Below, one piece after another: positions 19,544-29,623 of a stretch of DNA of 64,000 nucleotides. The notes under the pieces are model-generated. The model saw only the letters and a program-made list of their open reading frames with translations, was not told the origin of the DNA and made no database searches. This DNA is from a bacterium. GTDB taxonomy: Bacteria > Patescibacteriota > Minisyncoccia > Sungbacterales > HO2-52-23. A program made the translations under genes and the position numbers. Each line of letters begins with the position of its first letter. The first letter of the stretch is position 1. The stretch covers positions 5,066 through 69,065 of the forward strand of contig JAUYPE010000017.1 of assembly GCA_030697705.1 (NCBI GenBank). The letters run 5' to 3'.

Positions 19544-20182
19544 TGCACGAAACGCAAAGACCCGAACTGTACTCAACCAGCCATAGAAGAAGATGAGCTT
19601 GAAAAGCAGATTGCCGCCGAGCTTGCCAAGCTGGAAATCCCCACTGATTTCAAGGATTGGGCTATGGCGCGCTTGCGTGATATGAATACGCAAGAGGTAT
19701 CAGACCGAGAACAGATTTGCGGTAACCAACGGCGCGAATACGATGCGTGCGTGCGCAAGGTCAATAATCTCATTGATATGCGAGCCAACGGCGAGATTGA
19801 CGAGGATGAGTTCAAAAACAGGAAGACCGCGCTTTTGGCAGAAAAGGCGCGGCTTCAAGAGTTTCTGAATGATACCGATAAGCGCGTGGACAACTGGCTT
19901 GAGATCGCCGCGCGCGGCTTTAATTTTGCGGAAAAAGCTCGTGGAGCGTTTGAAACGGGCGGCGCTGAGGTCAGGAAAGAGATTTTTGCCGCGTTAGGTT
20001 CGGACTTCCTGCTGAAAGACAGAAAATTAAGCATTTCACTGGATAATCTGCTGTTTCCGATACAAACTGCCGCAAAAGAAGCTCAAAACATTTCTACAAG
20101 GTTAGAACCTGCAAAAAACGCGATAGATAAAAAAGAAATCGGGCATTTATATGCCCGAAATCCTGTCATGCTCCGGCGGTAG
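19538..20182 (+). pseudogene. large serine recombinase C-terminal remnant (zinc-ribbon YYHC motif plus coiled-coil), catalytic domain missing
   Basis: YYHCTKRKDPNCTQPAIEEDELEKQIAAELAKLEIP and a long coiled-coil region match the C-terminal part of large serine recombinases. Nothing resolvase-like upstream. Ends overlapping the tRNA-Asn 3' end. Confidence 0.55.
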
Positions 20183-20208
20183 GATTCGAACCTACGACCC
20201 ACTGGTTA

Positions 20209-20748
20209 CATGTATTCCATTATTTCCATAATGGCATGGACTATATCTTTACCGTATGGTTTTGCCAATGCTCGCCATGTAGGTACTCTGGTATCTAGTC
20301 TCTACGGAGCTCCCCGCTAAAAGGCAGGGTTCCCACGGTATTACCCGTCTTTGTGTCAAAAAGATTTGGGCTTCACCGTTATCCCAGAGAGTTCACTCTT
20401 GGGTTTCCCCAGGAGGCTGCGCTATGCCTGCGTGTATCTCTCGGTGACAATTCGCGCATACGAGAACGCATTTATTGATTTCCTTTTTGATCTTTTCCCA
20501 ACTGCGCGTTACTCCGCGCACCGAGATACCGAAATCTTTTTTCTTTGGGTCAAGATGATGAAAATCGAGCGCTCCCGCATAGCGTTTATAGCCACAAAGC
20601 TGACATTTGTCGCCCTCGTATTCACGTGCCATTGTGCAAAGTTTATGTCTTCGCTCTGAAACAGCTTTTCGCAGATACTCGGCACGATCGGCATACGTTC
20701 TTTTATCTGGCATGCATGGTTAAGTATACCAGACTGGCGAACTCGTTC
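20209..20748 (-). other. group I intron (self-splicing) within tRNA-Asn, carrying an HNH endonuclease ORF
   Basis: 5' exon ends in U, intron ends in G (…acatg|taa). Conserved group I core elements: R-like gagactagatac and S-like aaagatatagtcc in the 3' part. Confidence 0.7.
20393..20713 (-). CDS. HNH homing endonuclease (intron-encoded)
   Basis: CQLCGYKRY..GALDFHHLDPKKKDF ... CANCHREIH, HNH with two Cys pairs. Same orientation as the tRNA, starts 35 nt inside the intron. Confidence 0.8.
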   Translation of the reverse strand: MPDKRTYADRAEYLRKAVSERRHKLCTMAREYEGDKCQLCGYKRYAGALDFHHLDPKKKDFGISVRGVTRSWEKIKKEINKCVLVCANCHREIHAGIAQPPGETQE

Positions 20749-21348
20749 ACAGCCAGTCGCTCTACCACTGAGCTACGCCGGAATATGATTCTGGAAAAGT
20801 ACGTACCCTCACCATCCGCGACCAGTATAACAAGCGTGCGGAGGATTCGCAAGCAGGTGTATCCGTCCACCTCACATTGGACTTTTCTGATTGAGCGCTT
20901 ACCATAACCGGGACCGTCAATCGTTTTGCGTAAATAGTCCTGTGGATAAGTTTTTCTCGACGCAGCGTTCATGAAAGTTTGACCTGATCAGGATGCAAGA
21001 TTGCAATACTCGCATGATCATTGAGCTGAACTTCAGAAATCTCAAACTGTTCTTCGGTCTTGTTACCTCGCTTCCCCGATCAATCAATGGCTACCTCGCC
21101 AACTACTTTTATTCAATCCTTGCCTACGCGTTACGATAGTTTTCTTTTCTCCGTGATACCTTTTTCCTTCACCAATACGATACGCTTCAAAACTCACATC
21201 ACATGGGTCTGCTTTAGCGCACCCTGTTTATCTGGGGTTTGGGGAGTTTCGTAATTCAAAGAAAGAGTAATTAATAACGACATCATAATACCGGTACTTA
21301 CGTATGACAAGCATGGTTTTATCTACACCCTTCTTTTCAAAGGAACGC

Positions 21349-21384
21349 AGAAAAATGAACCTCCGACCAGCAAGCTGGTCGGAA
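21349..21384 (-). terminator. rho-independent terminator downstream of the PQQ dehydrogenase gene
   Basis: Stem tccgaccagc / gctggtcgga with T-run on the minus strand. Confidence 0.5.
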
Positions 21385-21413
21385 TAGTCTAGTTCAAGGC
21401 AGTATATTTCATC

Positions 21414-22637
21414 TTAGCGCACTTGCGGCGGTGCAATGCGATAAATGACTCCCGCTTTGTCGTCAGAAACATATAAGGCATGATCGGGACCGAACACGAG
21501 ATCAACTGGTCGCCCAAGCGCTTCGTTTTGCGCGGTTAGCCAACCGGAAATAAAATCTTCCATATTTTTATACGCTCTGGCCTTATCAAACTTCATCCGT
21601 ACCACCTTATACCCCGTCGGACGCGTCCGATTCCATGAACCGTGGTACGCGACCAAAAGATTGCCCGCATAGTCCTTCGGCCAGCCAGCATCGGACGGAA
21701 CGAACGCAAGACCCAGAGGCGCCGAATGTGCGGGAAGATCTATAAAACTCTCTGTTTCAAACGGCTCCATACACGGATTACGGATATACGTGTTGTGATC
21801 AAAATCCGTGTCGTGGATATTTTTGCCGTAGCAATTCGGCCAGCCGTAGTTCTTCCCCTCTTCCACAATATTAATTTCATCCGGCGGGATATTATCACCG
21901 ATCAAATCCCGGCCCATTTCTGTTACCCACATTTTTTTGGTTTCCTGGTGCCAGACAAAAAATACTGCATTGCGAAGCCCTCGCGCAAATTGGCGAAAAT
22001 CGCTTCCGTCTTTTTCCATCACATATATTGCGGCACGCCGCTGATCTTTTTCAATGCAGACATTGCAGGATGAGCCGATGGATACATAGAGCTGATTGTC
22101 CGGTCCAAAACCAATGGTACGGGTGAAGTGACCATCGCCGGATGGCAATGCGGCAGTTTTTTCCAGAACATCAGGACCATCTGCACCGAGTCGCAAACGC
22201 GATACTTGATGTTCTTCTGCAAAGTAAAGGTACTGTTGTGAGGAATCAGCGGGATCAAATGCAAGTCCATGAGGATTACGCAGTCCGGTTACGGCGTCAT
22301 CCTGATGCGTTACGGAGCCATTTTCCACCCGCAAAAATGTGATCGCTCCTTCGCCTGTTCGCGAGACCCACATATTACCTTCTTGATCAAATGCCATGAC
22401 CCGCACACCGGGCAAATTTTTCGCAAAGATTTCAATTGAAAATCCGGGAGGCAGCGCGAGTGGAAAACTTGTTTCATTTTTTCCTGCGGGATATTCGGTG
22501 ATTAGTTTTGCAATATCTTCCGGTGGACTTTTCAGTACCGGACTAATGCCACGAAGATTATGCCAATAAAAAACTCCGATCCGCGCCGCAAGCGCGATGA
22601 ATAAAACTGACGCAAGCGTGAGTGTTATTTTTTTCAT
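21414..22637 (-). CDS. PQQ-dependent sugar (glucose/sorbosone) dehydrogenase, beta-propeller
   Basis: N-terminal anchor, then a soluble glucose dehydrogenase-like propeller (GLAFDP, LYVSIGSS, HGSWNR, LYVSDDKAG). Start taken at MKKITL. Confidence 0.75.
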   Translation of the reverse strand: MKKITLTLASVLFIALAARIGVFYWHNLRGISPVLKSPPEDIAKLITEYPAGKNETSFPLALPPGFSIEIFAKNLPGVRVMAFDQEGNMWVSRTGEGAITFLRVENGSVTHQDDAVTGLRNPHGLAFDPADSSQQYLYFAEEHQVSRLRLGADGPDVLEKTAALPSGDGHFTRTIGFGPDNQLYVSIGSSCNVCIEKDQRRAAIYVMEKDGSDFRQFARGLRNAVFFVWHQETKKMWVTEMGRDLIGDNIPPDEINIVEEGKNYGWPNCYGKNIHDTDFDHNTYIRNPCMEPFETESFIDLPAHSAPLGLAFVPSDAGWPKDYAGNLLVAYHGSWNRTRPTGYKVVRMKFDKARAYKNMEDFISGWLTAQNEALGRPVDLVFGPDHALYVSDDKAGVIYRIAPPQVR

Positions 22638-22727
22638 TCTCCATCTCATAGATGATAAAACGAAAAATAGTGAAGCTCAAATAATCATATCACGGATGCG
22701 GCATGGCTGTGAGAAATCCTGATGCTA

Positions 22728-24641
22728 TTAGGGGCGCACATCAAAGCAGGTGATGCCCGTATCCCTGTCAGTACATTTTTTGAAGTCGGCGCCGTCAAAA
22801 CCGTTTTTCCAACCAGCTTTTTTTGAGTTAAAGTCGGTGTCGGTACCGAGTACCGCCGAGCCAAGGAGCTCAAGTGAGGTGCCAAGATGATAACTCTTGC
22901 GGTCAGGACTCGGGCTGTAATTATAGAGTACCGTCGTGGAGGCGGGATCGGTAGGTAAAACGGCAAGAAAACGAGGGGTAAGTAGTGAGAGTGAGGAGGG
23001 ATACAGCGGTGTCCTCTGACTTGCGGCATACTGCTGTAAACCTTGCGCGATTTGAGTAAGATCATTAATGCGGTGCATGTCGCGGAATTTTCTCTGCGCC
23101 TGAGCTACAACACCGCCCAACACCTCGGCGAGCGGTCGGGATCCCGCGGGCGACTTTACCTCATAGACCTTGTTGAAGTCGGTATACTTCACCGAAAGCT
23201 CAACAGTACCTCTAACCGCGGGATTTTTCTCATCCGCAACCGACAAATACACGAGTATGCGGCGCGGCAATAAATCTTTCTGTGAAAGCCAGATCTCCCC
23301 ATGCAATTTTTTGACCGCTCGTATTGCCTCATCGGCGGCGCGATCAATGTCAGCATCTACCGTAGGAGCAATACCCTGTTCCTGCCGTCGCGCATGCCCG
23401 ATAGCAACCAGTTCATTAAAAACTTGCGCGATGCCGGAGGAGGTTACATCAAAACCATAGTGCGAAGTGGCAACACCGTCTATGGATTCGTCGGCGAGTT
23501 CAGTTATGTTGGCAAGAAACGAAGTATTACCAATGATATCCTGAAAGCGTGCTATCTCCACGACGGTCAGTCCCGATGTGACCGATTGGGCAGGCGCTGG
23601 AGAATTATTCCCGGTAGGCCCGGATAGCGCGTCGCGAATATGGGCGAGATCAACGCTGATCCATTGATTTTTGATCCCACTCAAGTCAATCCCGATGGGC
23701 GGAATCTCGGTGAGTACTGCGTAGGCGGCACTTTGCGTCAGGCGCATCTCGCCGCCAAGAGAAAAGTCGCCGAACTCCTGCGAATTGACCGTTGCGCTCA
23801 CGGTGGCGCTTCCCAACGGATGGGTAGCGTTGTGGCGATCAAAAACGCCCTCCGCGTGGATTTTCAGGGAGACATTATCTTGAGATGATAAGCCATCTTC
23901 CGGAAAATCAGGTGAACCGGATGACTGGGCAAAAAGCGCTGAAAGAACATTCGCCGTTTCTTGAGAACCGGTTAAGGGAATGAGTAACGCCACACTTATT
24001 CCAGAGCTTGGTCCGGTTGCAGCAATGAGATCTGCGTTATAACGAAATGATGATGCGTTGAGTAAATTTTTGAATGCGGCGGGAATCGCCACCGCGGGCG
24101 CCTCCTTTCGGAAATACCGATAATAGAGAAATGCACCATAACCGGTCAGCATCACCAAGAGAAGCATGGTGACTATCCGCCTGCCTGTTCGTCTTCCCGT
24201 GCCTTCTCTTCCCGACAAAACCGAGGGGCTCCATGTCGCCGACGGGTGCAGTTGAACGGTATGTCCCGAATCCATGGAAGTCCTCATGCCCGCGGGTCTT
24301 TGTTCGGCGGGAACGACGAAAGGGGCCGTCGATCTTTGGGGTTGCTGGGGCAGGAGTGGTGTCGCGGAACGCTGTTGTTCTTTGGACTGAAAACGGGTGA
24401 TTCCCGGCGGCTGGTAGTTTGCCGAGGCGAATGGTGGACGCTCTTTTGGTATATTCCCACCGGGCATGAAGTCCACCGCTCCGCCCGATGCAGGGTGAAC
24501 CGTCGCAATAGCCATCTCGGTATCCTCGCGCGTCCAGCCGCCCGTTATGAGCGCTTCACGAATCTCGGCGACTGAAAAGCCGTTTTTGATCTGGGTTTCA
24601 ATGTAGGTGAGAATCTCTTTAGTGACCATAAAAGGTGGCAA
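22728..24641 (-). CDS. large hypothetical membrane-anchored protein with a Pro/Gln-rich linker
   Basis: Small N-terminal cytoplasmic domain, one TM helix (IVTMLLLVMLTGYGAFLYY), about 450 aa extracytoplasmic region. Confidence 0.5.
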   Translation of the reverse strand: MPPFMVTKEILTYIETQIKNGFSVAEIREALITGGWTREDTEMAIATVHPASGGAVDFMPGGNIPKERPPFASANYQPPGITRFQSKEQQRSATPLLPQQPQRSTAPFVVPAEQRPAGMRTSMDSGHTVQLHPSATWSPSVLSGREGTGRRTGRRIVTMLLLVMLTGYGAFLYYRYFRKEAPAVAIPAAFKNLLNASSFRYNADLIAATGPSSGISVALLIPLTGSQETANVLSALFAQSSGSPDFPEDGLSSQDNVSLKIHAEGVFDRHNATHPLGSATVSATVNSQEFGDFSLGGEMRLTQSAAYAVLTEIPPIGIDLSGIKNQWISVDLAHIRDALSGPTGNNSPAPAQSVTSGLTVVEIARFQDIIGNTSFLANITELADESIDGVATSHYGFDVTSSGIAQVFNELVAIGHARRQEQGIAPTVDADIDRAADEAIRAVKKLHGEIWLSQKDLLPRRILVYLSVADEKNPAVRGTVELSVKYTDFNKVYEVKSPAGSRPLAEVLGGVVAQAQRKFRDMHRINDLTQIAQGLQQYAASQRTPLYPSSLSLLTPRFLAVLPTDPASTTVLYNYSPSPDRKSYHLGTSLELLGSAVLGTDTDFNSKKAGWKNGFDGADFKKCTDRDTGITCFDVRP

Positions 24642-24770
24642 TACTTAAGAAGCGTTTCAAGAATGAGCGAGACGAGCAGTCCATGGAGCAAAGACGCCAT
24701 GCATCGCTTTTACCCCTGCCACAAGGATAAAATCATTTTCCGTCAGACCGTCCCGCTGGTAAAATACCAG

Positions 24771-25658
24771 TCATCGGTTTTGCTCCGCCAGATGCTTCAA
24801 CACCTCGCGTGAACGGTTTATGATCTCGATCGGCGAGCTATCTGCCTTGATAATGTAATCCACGGCACCGAGCGCCAAGCCGCGCTCCCGCTCTTCTTTT
24901 TGTCCGAGATTGGAGAGGATAAGGACAGGAATGGTTTTGTATTCCGGCGATGCCTTGAGTTCTTTGAGAAAGGCAAAGCCGTCTTTTTTTGGCAGAAGGA
25001 TGTCAAGGAGGAGGAGATCAACGGGACCGGCAGTGAGTATCTTCATCCCTTCATCGGTATCGTGTGCAATGGAAACCTTGCCGGCAGCCTGTTCCAATTT
25101 TGTCTTGAGCATCTCAAGAATGAACAGGTCGTCCTCAATAACAAGCAGATGCGCATTTCGCAAAGGATCACCCCCTGTCATGGCGAGAGCATCCGATTGC
25201 GGTGACAACACTCGGCTTGGCTCCTGATTCATCGGAGGAGGAGCGGCAACGGGGACGGGGGTGCTCAAAACGGTTTTTATTTTTACCAGCACCTCTTGAG
25301 GATCAAAATTAACCTTAACAAGATAATCGCGCGCGCCAAGGCGCAGAGCCCGTTCAATCTCAACGGGCTGCCCGGAATTGGAAATAATAACGACGGGAAG
25401 TGCAGGCATAATCGCCTGCCGCCCGAGCTCCTCCATCACCCAGAAGCCATCCCGCCCAGGAAGCATCATGTCCAAAAGCAAAAGGGCAGGGTGTGATTTC
25501 TTCACCAGCTGTATCCCCTCAATGCCGTTGGGTGCGACCTTGACCGCATACCCCGCCTCCTCCAGTTTTTTCGTCAGGAGCGAACTGATGATCTTCTCAT
25601 CTTCAATGAGAATGATGAGTTTTTGATCTGCATTTTTTTCCGCATCCTCAGTATCCAT
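24771..25658 (-). CDS. tandem receiver-domain protein (two REC domains, no output domain)
   Basis: Two CheY-like domains, each with DD/E acidic pocket, phospho-acceptor D (LLLLDMM, LLLLDIL), conserved T/S and K. GGAGGA Shine-Dalgarno 8 nt upstream of ATG 25658. Confidence 0.8.
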   Translation of the reverse strand: MDTEDAEKNADQKLIILIEDEKIISSLLTKKLEEAGYAVKVAPNGIEGIQLVKKSHPALLLLDMMLPGRDGFWVMEELGRQAIMPALPVVIISNSGQPVEIERALRLGARDYLVKVNFDPQEVLVKIKTVLSTPVPVAAPPPMNQEPSRVLSPQSDALAMTGGDPLRNAHLLVIEDDLFILEMLKTKLEQAAGKVSIAHDTDEGMKILTAGPVDLLLLDILLPKKDGFAFLKELKASPEYKTIPVLILSNLGQKEERERGLALGAVDYIIKADSSPIEIINRSREVLKHLAEQNR

Positions 25659-25787
25659 ATAATTTCCTCCAGTATATAAGAGTTTGCTCCGCAAAGAAAG
25701 CAACCGCCTCTCGGGCGGTGTGGATAACTTTATACCCATATGGTATACTGTTCCCGTGGATTGTTCTCTTATGTTATAACTGCTTTT

Positions 25788-26303
25788 ATGGATGCTCTAA
25801 ATGTCATAAACGGTATCGTGGTTAGTCTTGGCATCCCAACCATCATAGGGGTTGCTGTTTATATTGGTAGGAAGTTACAGATCCTAGAAGATTTAAAGGA
25901 TATTAGGGGAAGATTTAATGTTGTTGAGTCCAAAGTAGGCGATCTTTGGGCGGATAGGCTTGCTCCGGCAAAATCTCCGAGACAATTAAATGAAATGGGC
26001 AATAAAATACTGGGAGAAAGCGGGATTAAAGGAATTGTTGAGGAGAAAAGAGATGATTTACTCAAAATCATCAGAGAGAAGAATATAACGAATGCTTATG
26101 ATGCGGAGTTGGCGGTAATGGGAGTCATGAAAGAGCTACCCAAACATTGCCCTGATATTGTGGAGAAACTCAAAGATGGAGCTTTCAAAGTAGGAGCTAA
26201 CCCGGATACCTTGTTATTTGTAGGAGGGATTTATTTGAGAAATCTGATCTTTGAAGATTTAGGATTTGCCCTGAATGACCTAGATAAAGCAAAAGATACC
26301 TAA
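25788..26303 (+). CDS. hypothetical membrane-anchored protein (AT-rich)
   Basis: TM helix at N-terminus. Start uncertain (25740 or 25788). Confidence 0.4.
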   Translation: MDALNVINGIVVSLGIPTIIGVAVYIGRKLQILEDLKDIRGRFNVVESKVGDLWADRLAPAKSPRQLNEMGNKILGESGIKGIVEEKRDDLLKIIREKNITNAYDAELAVMGVMKELPKHCPDIVEKLKDGAFKVGANPDTLLFVGGIYLRNLIFEDLGFALNDLDKAKDT

Positions 26304-26309
26304 TAATAG

Positions 26310-26465
26310 ACCCGTCCCCTTATAATTTTCGTTACGAGATGTTCAGATTTCGAGCGAGACAAAACAAAAATCTTTCGACATATACGCTGTATATGTCGAA
26401 AGATTTTTGTAAAGTCGTAGCCGAAATGTGAACATTGCAGTAGAAAGGTTATAAGGGGACAGGTC
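26310..26465. repeat. IR-flanked structured element containing a perfect 19-bp-stem hairpin
   Basis: 17-bp inverted repeat gacccgtccccttataa / ttataaggggacaggtc with one mismatch. Inside, a perfect hairpin aaaaatctttcgacatata-cgctg-tatatgtcgaaagattttt (26366-26408). Confidence 0.6.
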
Positions 26466-26491
26466 TTATGTTTGAAGTAAAGAAAGTAAAC

Positions 26492-26533
26492 AAAAAAGGT
26501 CGCCTCGTCCAAGGTGACCTTTTTTGTTTTTGT
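26492..26533. terminator. bidirectional rho-independent terminator (downstream of rpoD and of gene 25788..26303)
   Basis: AAAAAA ggtcgcc tcgtccaa ggtgacc TTTTTTGTTTTT. Confidence 0.6.
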
Positions 26534-26539
26534 GAGAGT

Positions 26540-27805
26540 TTAATACTCCAGCAATTTATGCGCGGAGTCGTGGGTGCGGATGCGCTCAAGCGCCTTTGCC
26601 TCAATCTGGCGGATGCGCTCGCGCGTTACGCCAAACTCCCGTCCCACCTCTTCCAGCGTGTGCGTAATGCCGTCGTCCATGCCAAAACGCATGGCAAGGA
26701 TTCTCTTTTCGCGGTCGGTCAGCTCGTCAATAATCGCCATCAGCTGGTCACGCAGGAGCCGCCGCGCCGCAACTTGCGAAGGCGAGAGCGATTTTTCGTC
26801 TTCAATAAATTCGCCGAGCACCGACTCATCGTCGTCCTCGCCCACGGGCGCCTCCAACGAAACGGTATCCTGCGCTATTTTTTCAATCAAGTGCACTTTT
26901 TCAAGCTCAATATTCATCTCGGCGGCTATTTCTTCCGGAAGCGGTTCGCGCCCCAGATCCTGCACAAGGCGGCGGCGCACCTGCTGGTATTTTGAAATCG
27001 TCTCCCCCATGTGGACGGGAATGCGAATCGTCCGCGCCTGGTCGGCAAGCGCGCGGGTAATCGCCTGTTTGATCCACCACGTTGCGTAGGTTGAAAATTT
27101 ATACCCCCGCCGATAGTCAAATTTCTCCACCGCCTTAAAAAGCCCGATGTTGCCTTCCTGAATAAGGTCAAGCAAGCTCAAGTGCGACGAGCGGCCGACA
27201 TATCTTTTGGCGATAGAAACCACCAGGCGAAGATTGGCCTGCGTGAGTTTTTTGCGTGCCTCGTCGTCGCCCTTCTCAATGCGCCGCGCCAGCGATTTTT
27301 CCTCATCACCGGTGAGCAACGGAATGCGCCCGATCTCGCGCAAATACATCTGCACGGAGTCCTGGCTTAACTGGTCAAAGTCAATCGCCGCTTCTTTTCG
27401 TGCACCTTTCGCTTTAGCGCTTTTTTTGCCCATGGGAACGGTCTGTTTTTCTATCTCTTCTATCAATTCCTTGCTTTCCAGCACGTCAATATTGCCTTTT
27501 TCAAATCGCGTATAGAGATCCTCTAAAAGAAAAATATCATCCTCAATTTTCGGGAAGTAGTAGAGAATTTCGGAATAAGTAACGAAACCGCGGTCGCGTC
27601 CCCGCTTCATAAGCGTCTGCACTTTCGCCTCTATCTCCACGGCGCTCGCCAGTTTTACCTTCAATGGAGGCACGGTTTTTTTTGGTTTCTTCATTATTGC
27701 GCCCGTTTTTTTCTTTTCTTTCGGGCGCGCATGTCTTTTTCGCGCCGGACGCGTACGCGGGGGGGATGGTTTTTTATGCGTTTTCTTTTTTGGTTTGGCG
27801 GCCAT
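26540..27805 (-). CDS. rpoD: RNA polymerase sigma-70 factor RpoD with Lys/Arg-rich N-terminal extension
   Basis: Region 1.2 [12 protein letters not shown], region 2 ([31 protein letters not shown]-like), regions 3 and 4 ([17 protein letters not shown]). Confidence 0.95.
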   Translation of the reverse strand: MAAKPKKKTHKKPSPPRTRPARKRHARPKEKKKTGAIMKKPKKTVPPLKVKLASAVEIEAKVQTLMKRGRDRGFVTYSEILYYFPKIEDDIFLLEDLYTRFEKGNIDVLESKELIEEIEKQTVPMGKKSAKAKGARKEAAIDFDQLSQDSVQMYLREIGRIPLLTGDEEKSLARRIEKGDDEARKKLTQANLRLVVSIAKRYVGRSSHLSLLDLIQEGNIGLFKAVEKFDYRRGYKFSTYATWWIKQAITRALADQARTIRIPVHMGETISKYQQVRRRLVQDLGREPLPEEIAAEMNIELEKVHLIEKIAQDTVSLEAPVGEDDDESVLGEFIEDEKSLSPSQVAARRLLRDQLMAIIDELTDREKRILAMRFGMDDGITHTLEEVGREFGVTRERIRQIEAKALERIRTHDSAHKLLEY

Positions 27806-27815
27806 GTGTAAAAAA

Positions 27816-29597
27816 TTATGAGCTTAATGCGCGAAGGAGTTCCGAAGTATTTTTAAATTCGCCGAGCAGTGTGGCAACATCCTCGCGGTTCCCCTTGCCC
27901 TCCTGTTCATGGATGCGTCCCGCGAGCGCACCCAGCCGCTCTTTGGCACCCTCTTTCTCCAACTCGCGCCGGCAGAGTGCAAGCTCAACCGCGAGATCTT
28001 TGTCTTTCGCCATCTCGGCGATTGCGTCTCCCTTAAATTGCAAAATAGCAAGCGCATTCGACGGAGCTCCCTCGCTCCCCTCTTGCGGTGATGCACCGAC
28101 ATCGGTGAGGAGATGGAAAATTTCCTTATGCCTAGGCGAGAAGAGTGAAATAGTCTCACCCGCACTCGCCTCGGCCGTCCGCACCGCCGGATCCATCAGC
28201 GAAAGAAGTGCTAAATAACGCTCTTCCAACAAAGCGCGCCGACCCGAAACCGGCTTCACCGGCTCGTTCGCCGCGGGAGCTTGTTCCATCGGTCTGTTTG
28301 TCTCAATAGGCGTTCGCCGCTCCAGCTCTTTGCGAATCGCCTCTTCCGGCACAATCAAACGCCGCGAGAGCTCTCCTATCCAATGCGCCCGCTCTACCTC
28401 GTCGGTCAGCTCGCGAAGAAACGGCAGAAGCAGAGCGGTAATCGCTTTCTTGCCCGAGGCGGTCGCCGGATTCTCCCGCGCAAAAGCCCGTTCCGTATAA
28501 AACTCAACCACGGGCTTAGCTGTCTCAACCGCGCGCGCCCATGCCGCCGGGTCTTCCCGCACGGTGTCGGCAGGGTCATTCCCCGAGGGAATATGCGCCA
28601 CACGGCGGTCAAAGTCAAACTGCGCCGCAAGCGCGAGCGACCGCCTCGTCGCCGACTCCCCCGCCCCGTCCGCATCAAACGAACACACCAGCGTCTCGGC
28701 AAGACGTCGCAGAATCTTTAGTTGCTGGACCGTCAGCGCGGTGCCGGATACGGCGACGGTGTGGGTCACTCCCGCCTGGTGCGACATCACGCAGTCCATG
28801 TAGCCCTCCACAATGACGGCGGTATTTTTTTTGCGAATCTCTTGGCGCGCACGGTCAAAACCATAGAGCACGGATGATTTATCATAGAGCGGCGTCTGCG
28901 GCGTATTAATGTACTTTCCGCCCGAGGCGGACCCGCCTTGGGCGGGTGCTTTTGGATCTTCAAATATCCTGCCGCCGAATCCGATGACCTTCCCGCTCGG
29001 GTCGGCGATTGGGAACATGATTCTGCTTCTGAAGCGGTCGTACCACGAGCCGCGCTCCGGTGACTTTATCGCCAGTCCCGCCTTCCCAATTTCTTCCTGC
29101 GTGAATCCTTTTGTCCCAAGGGCGCGGGAGAGCGTCTCCCAGCTCTGCGGCGCAAAGCCGATGCGAAAGTTTTTGATCGTTTCGGGTGTAAGACCGCGTT
29201 CAGACAAATAGTTCTGAACATCGGATGCTCGCCCAAGTTCGATGATAAAAAACTGCGCCGCACTTTCGCAGAGAGCTCCCAGCCGCCCGCGCTCGGAGCG
29301 TGCCTGCGGATTCTCGCGGCGGATGATGACGCCCGTGCGCTCCGCAAGAAGGTTTAATACCTCGGGAAAACTATGCCCCTCCATTTCCATTAAAAATTGA
29401 AAAACATCCCCCCCTTTTCCGCATCCGAAGCAATGCCAGCTCGCCCGCGCGGGCGAGACGAAAAACGACGGCGTTTTTTCTCCGTGGAAGGGGCAGTTCG
29501 CCTTGTAGTTCACCCCGGCTTTTTGCAACCGCACATACGACTGGATGAACTCCACGATATCAAGCCGTGCTTTGATTTCTTCCGCTGGTGTGGGCAT
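27816..29597 (-). CDS. dnaG: DNA primase DnaG
   Basis: Zinc-binding [23 protein letters not shown] region ([16 protein letters not shown]). Conserved dnaG-rpoD gene order. Confidence 0.9.
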   Translation of the reverse strand: MPTPAEEIKARLDIVEFIQSYVRLQKAGVNYKANCPFHGEKTPSFFVSPARASWHCFGCGKGGDVFQFLMEMEGHSFPEVLNLLAERTGVIIRRENPQARSERGRLGALCESAAQFFIIELGRASDVQNYLSERGLTPETIKNFRIGFAPQSWETLSRALGTKGFTQEEIGKAGLAIKSPERGSWYDRFRSRIMFPIADPSGKVIGFGGRIFEDPKAPAQGGSASGGKYINTPQTPLYDKSSVLYGFDRARQEIRKKNTAVIVEGYMDCVMSHQAGVTHTVAVSGTALTVQQLKILRRLAETLVCSFDADGAGESATRRSLALAAQFDFDRRVAHIPSGNDPADTVREDPAAWARAVETAKPVVEFYTERAFARENPATASGKKAITALLLPFLRELTDEVERAHWIGELSRRLIVPEEAIRKELERRTPIETNRPMEQAPAANEPVKPVSGRRALLEERYLALLSLMDPAVRTAEASAGETISLFSPRHKEIFHLLTDVGASPQEGSEGAPSNALAILQFKGDAIAEMAKDKDLAVELALCRRELEKEGAKERLGALAGRIHEQEGKGNREDVATLLGEFKNTSELLRALSS

Positions 29598-29623
29598 AGG
29601 GAAAGTGAGATATTGCCTCCATT

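Larger units (their letters stand above)
20171..20782 (-). tRNA. tRNA-Asn(GTT) interrupted in the anticodon loop by a group I intron (exon 1 20749..20782, exon 2 20171..20208, no encoded CCA)
   Basis: Exon 1: tccggcg ta gctc agtggta gagc g actgg ctgt. Exon 2: taa ccagt gggtc gtagg ttcgaat cctac cgccgga g. Joined anticodon loop is CTGTTAA (GTT). Acceptor, anticodon and T stems all pair perfectly. Confidence 0.75.

Noticed and set aside
20703-20972. 89-aa minus-strand ORF.
   Set aside because: Overlaps exon 1 of tRNA-Asn and the intron boundary. No coding signal.
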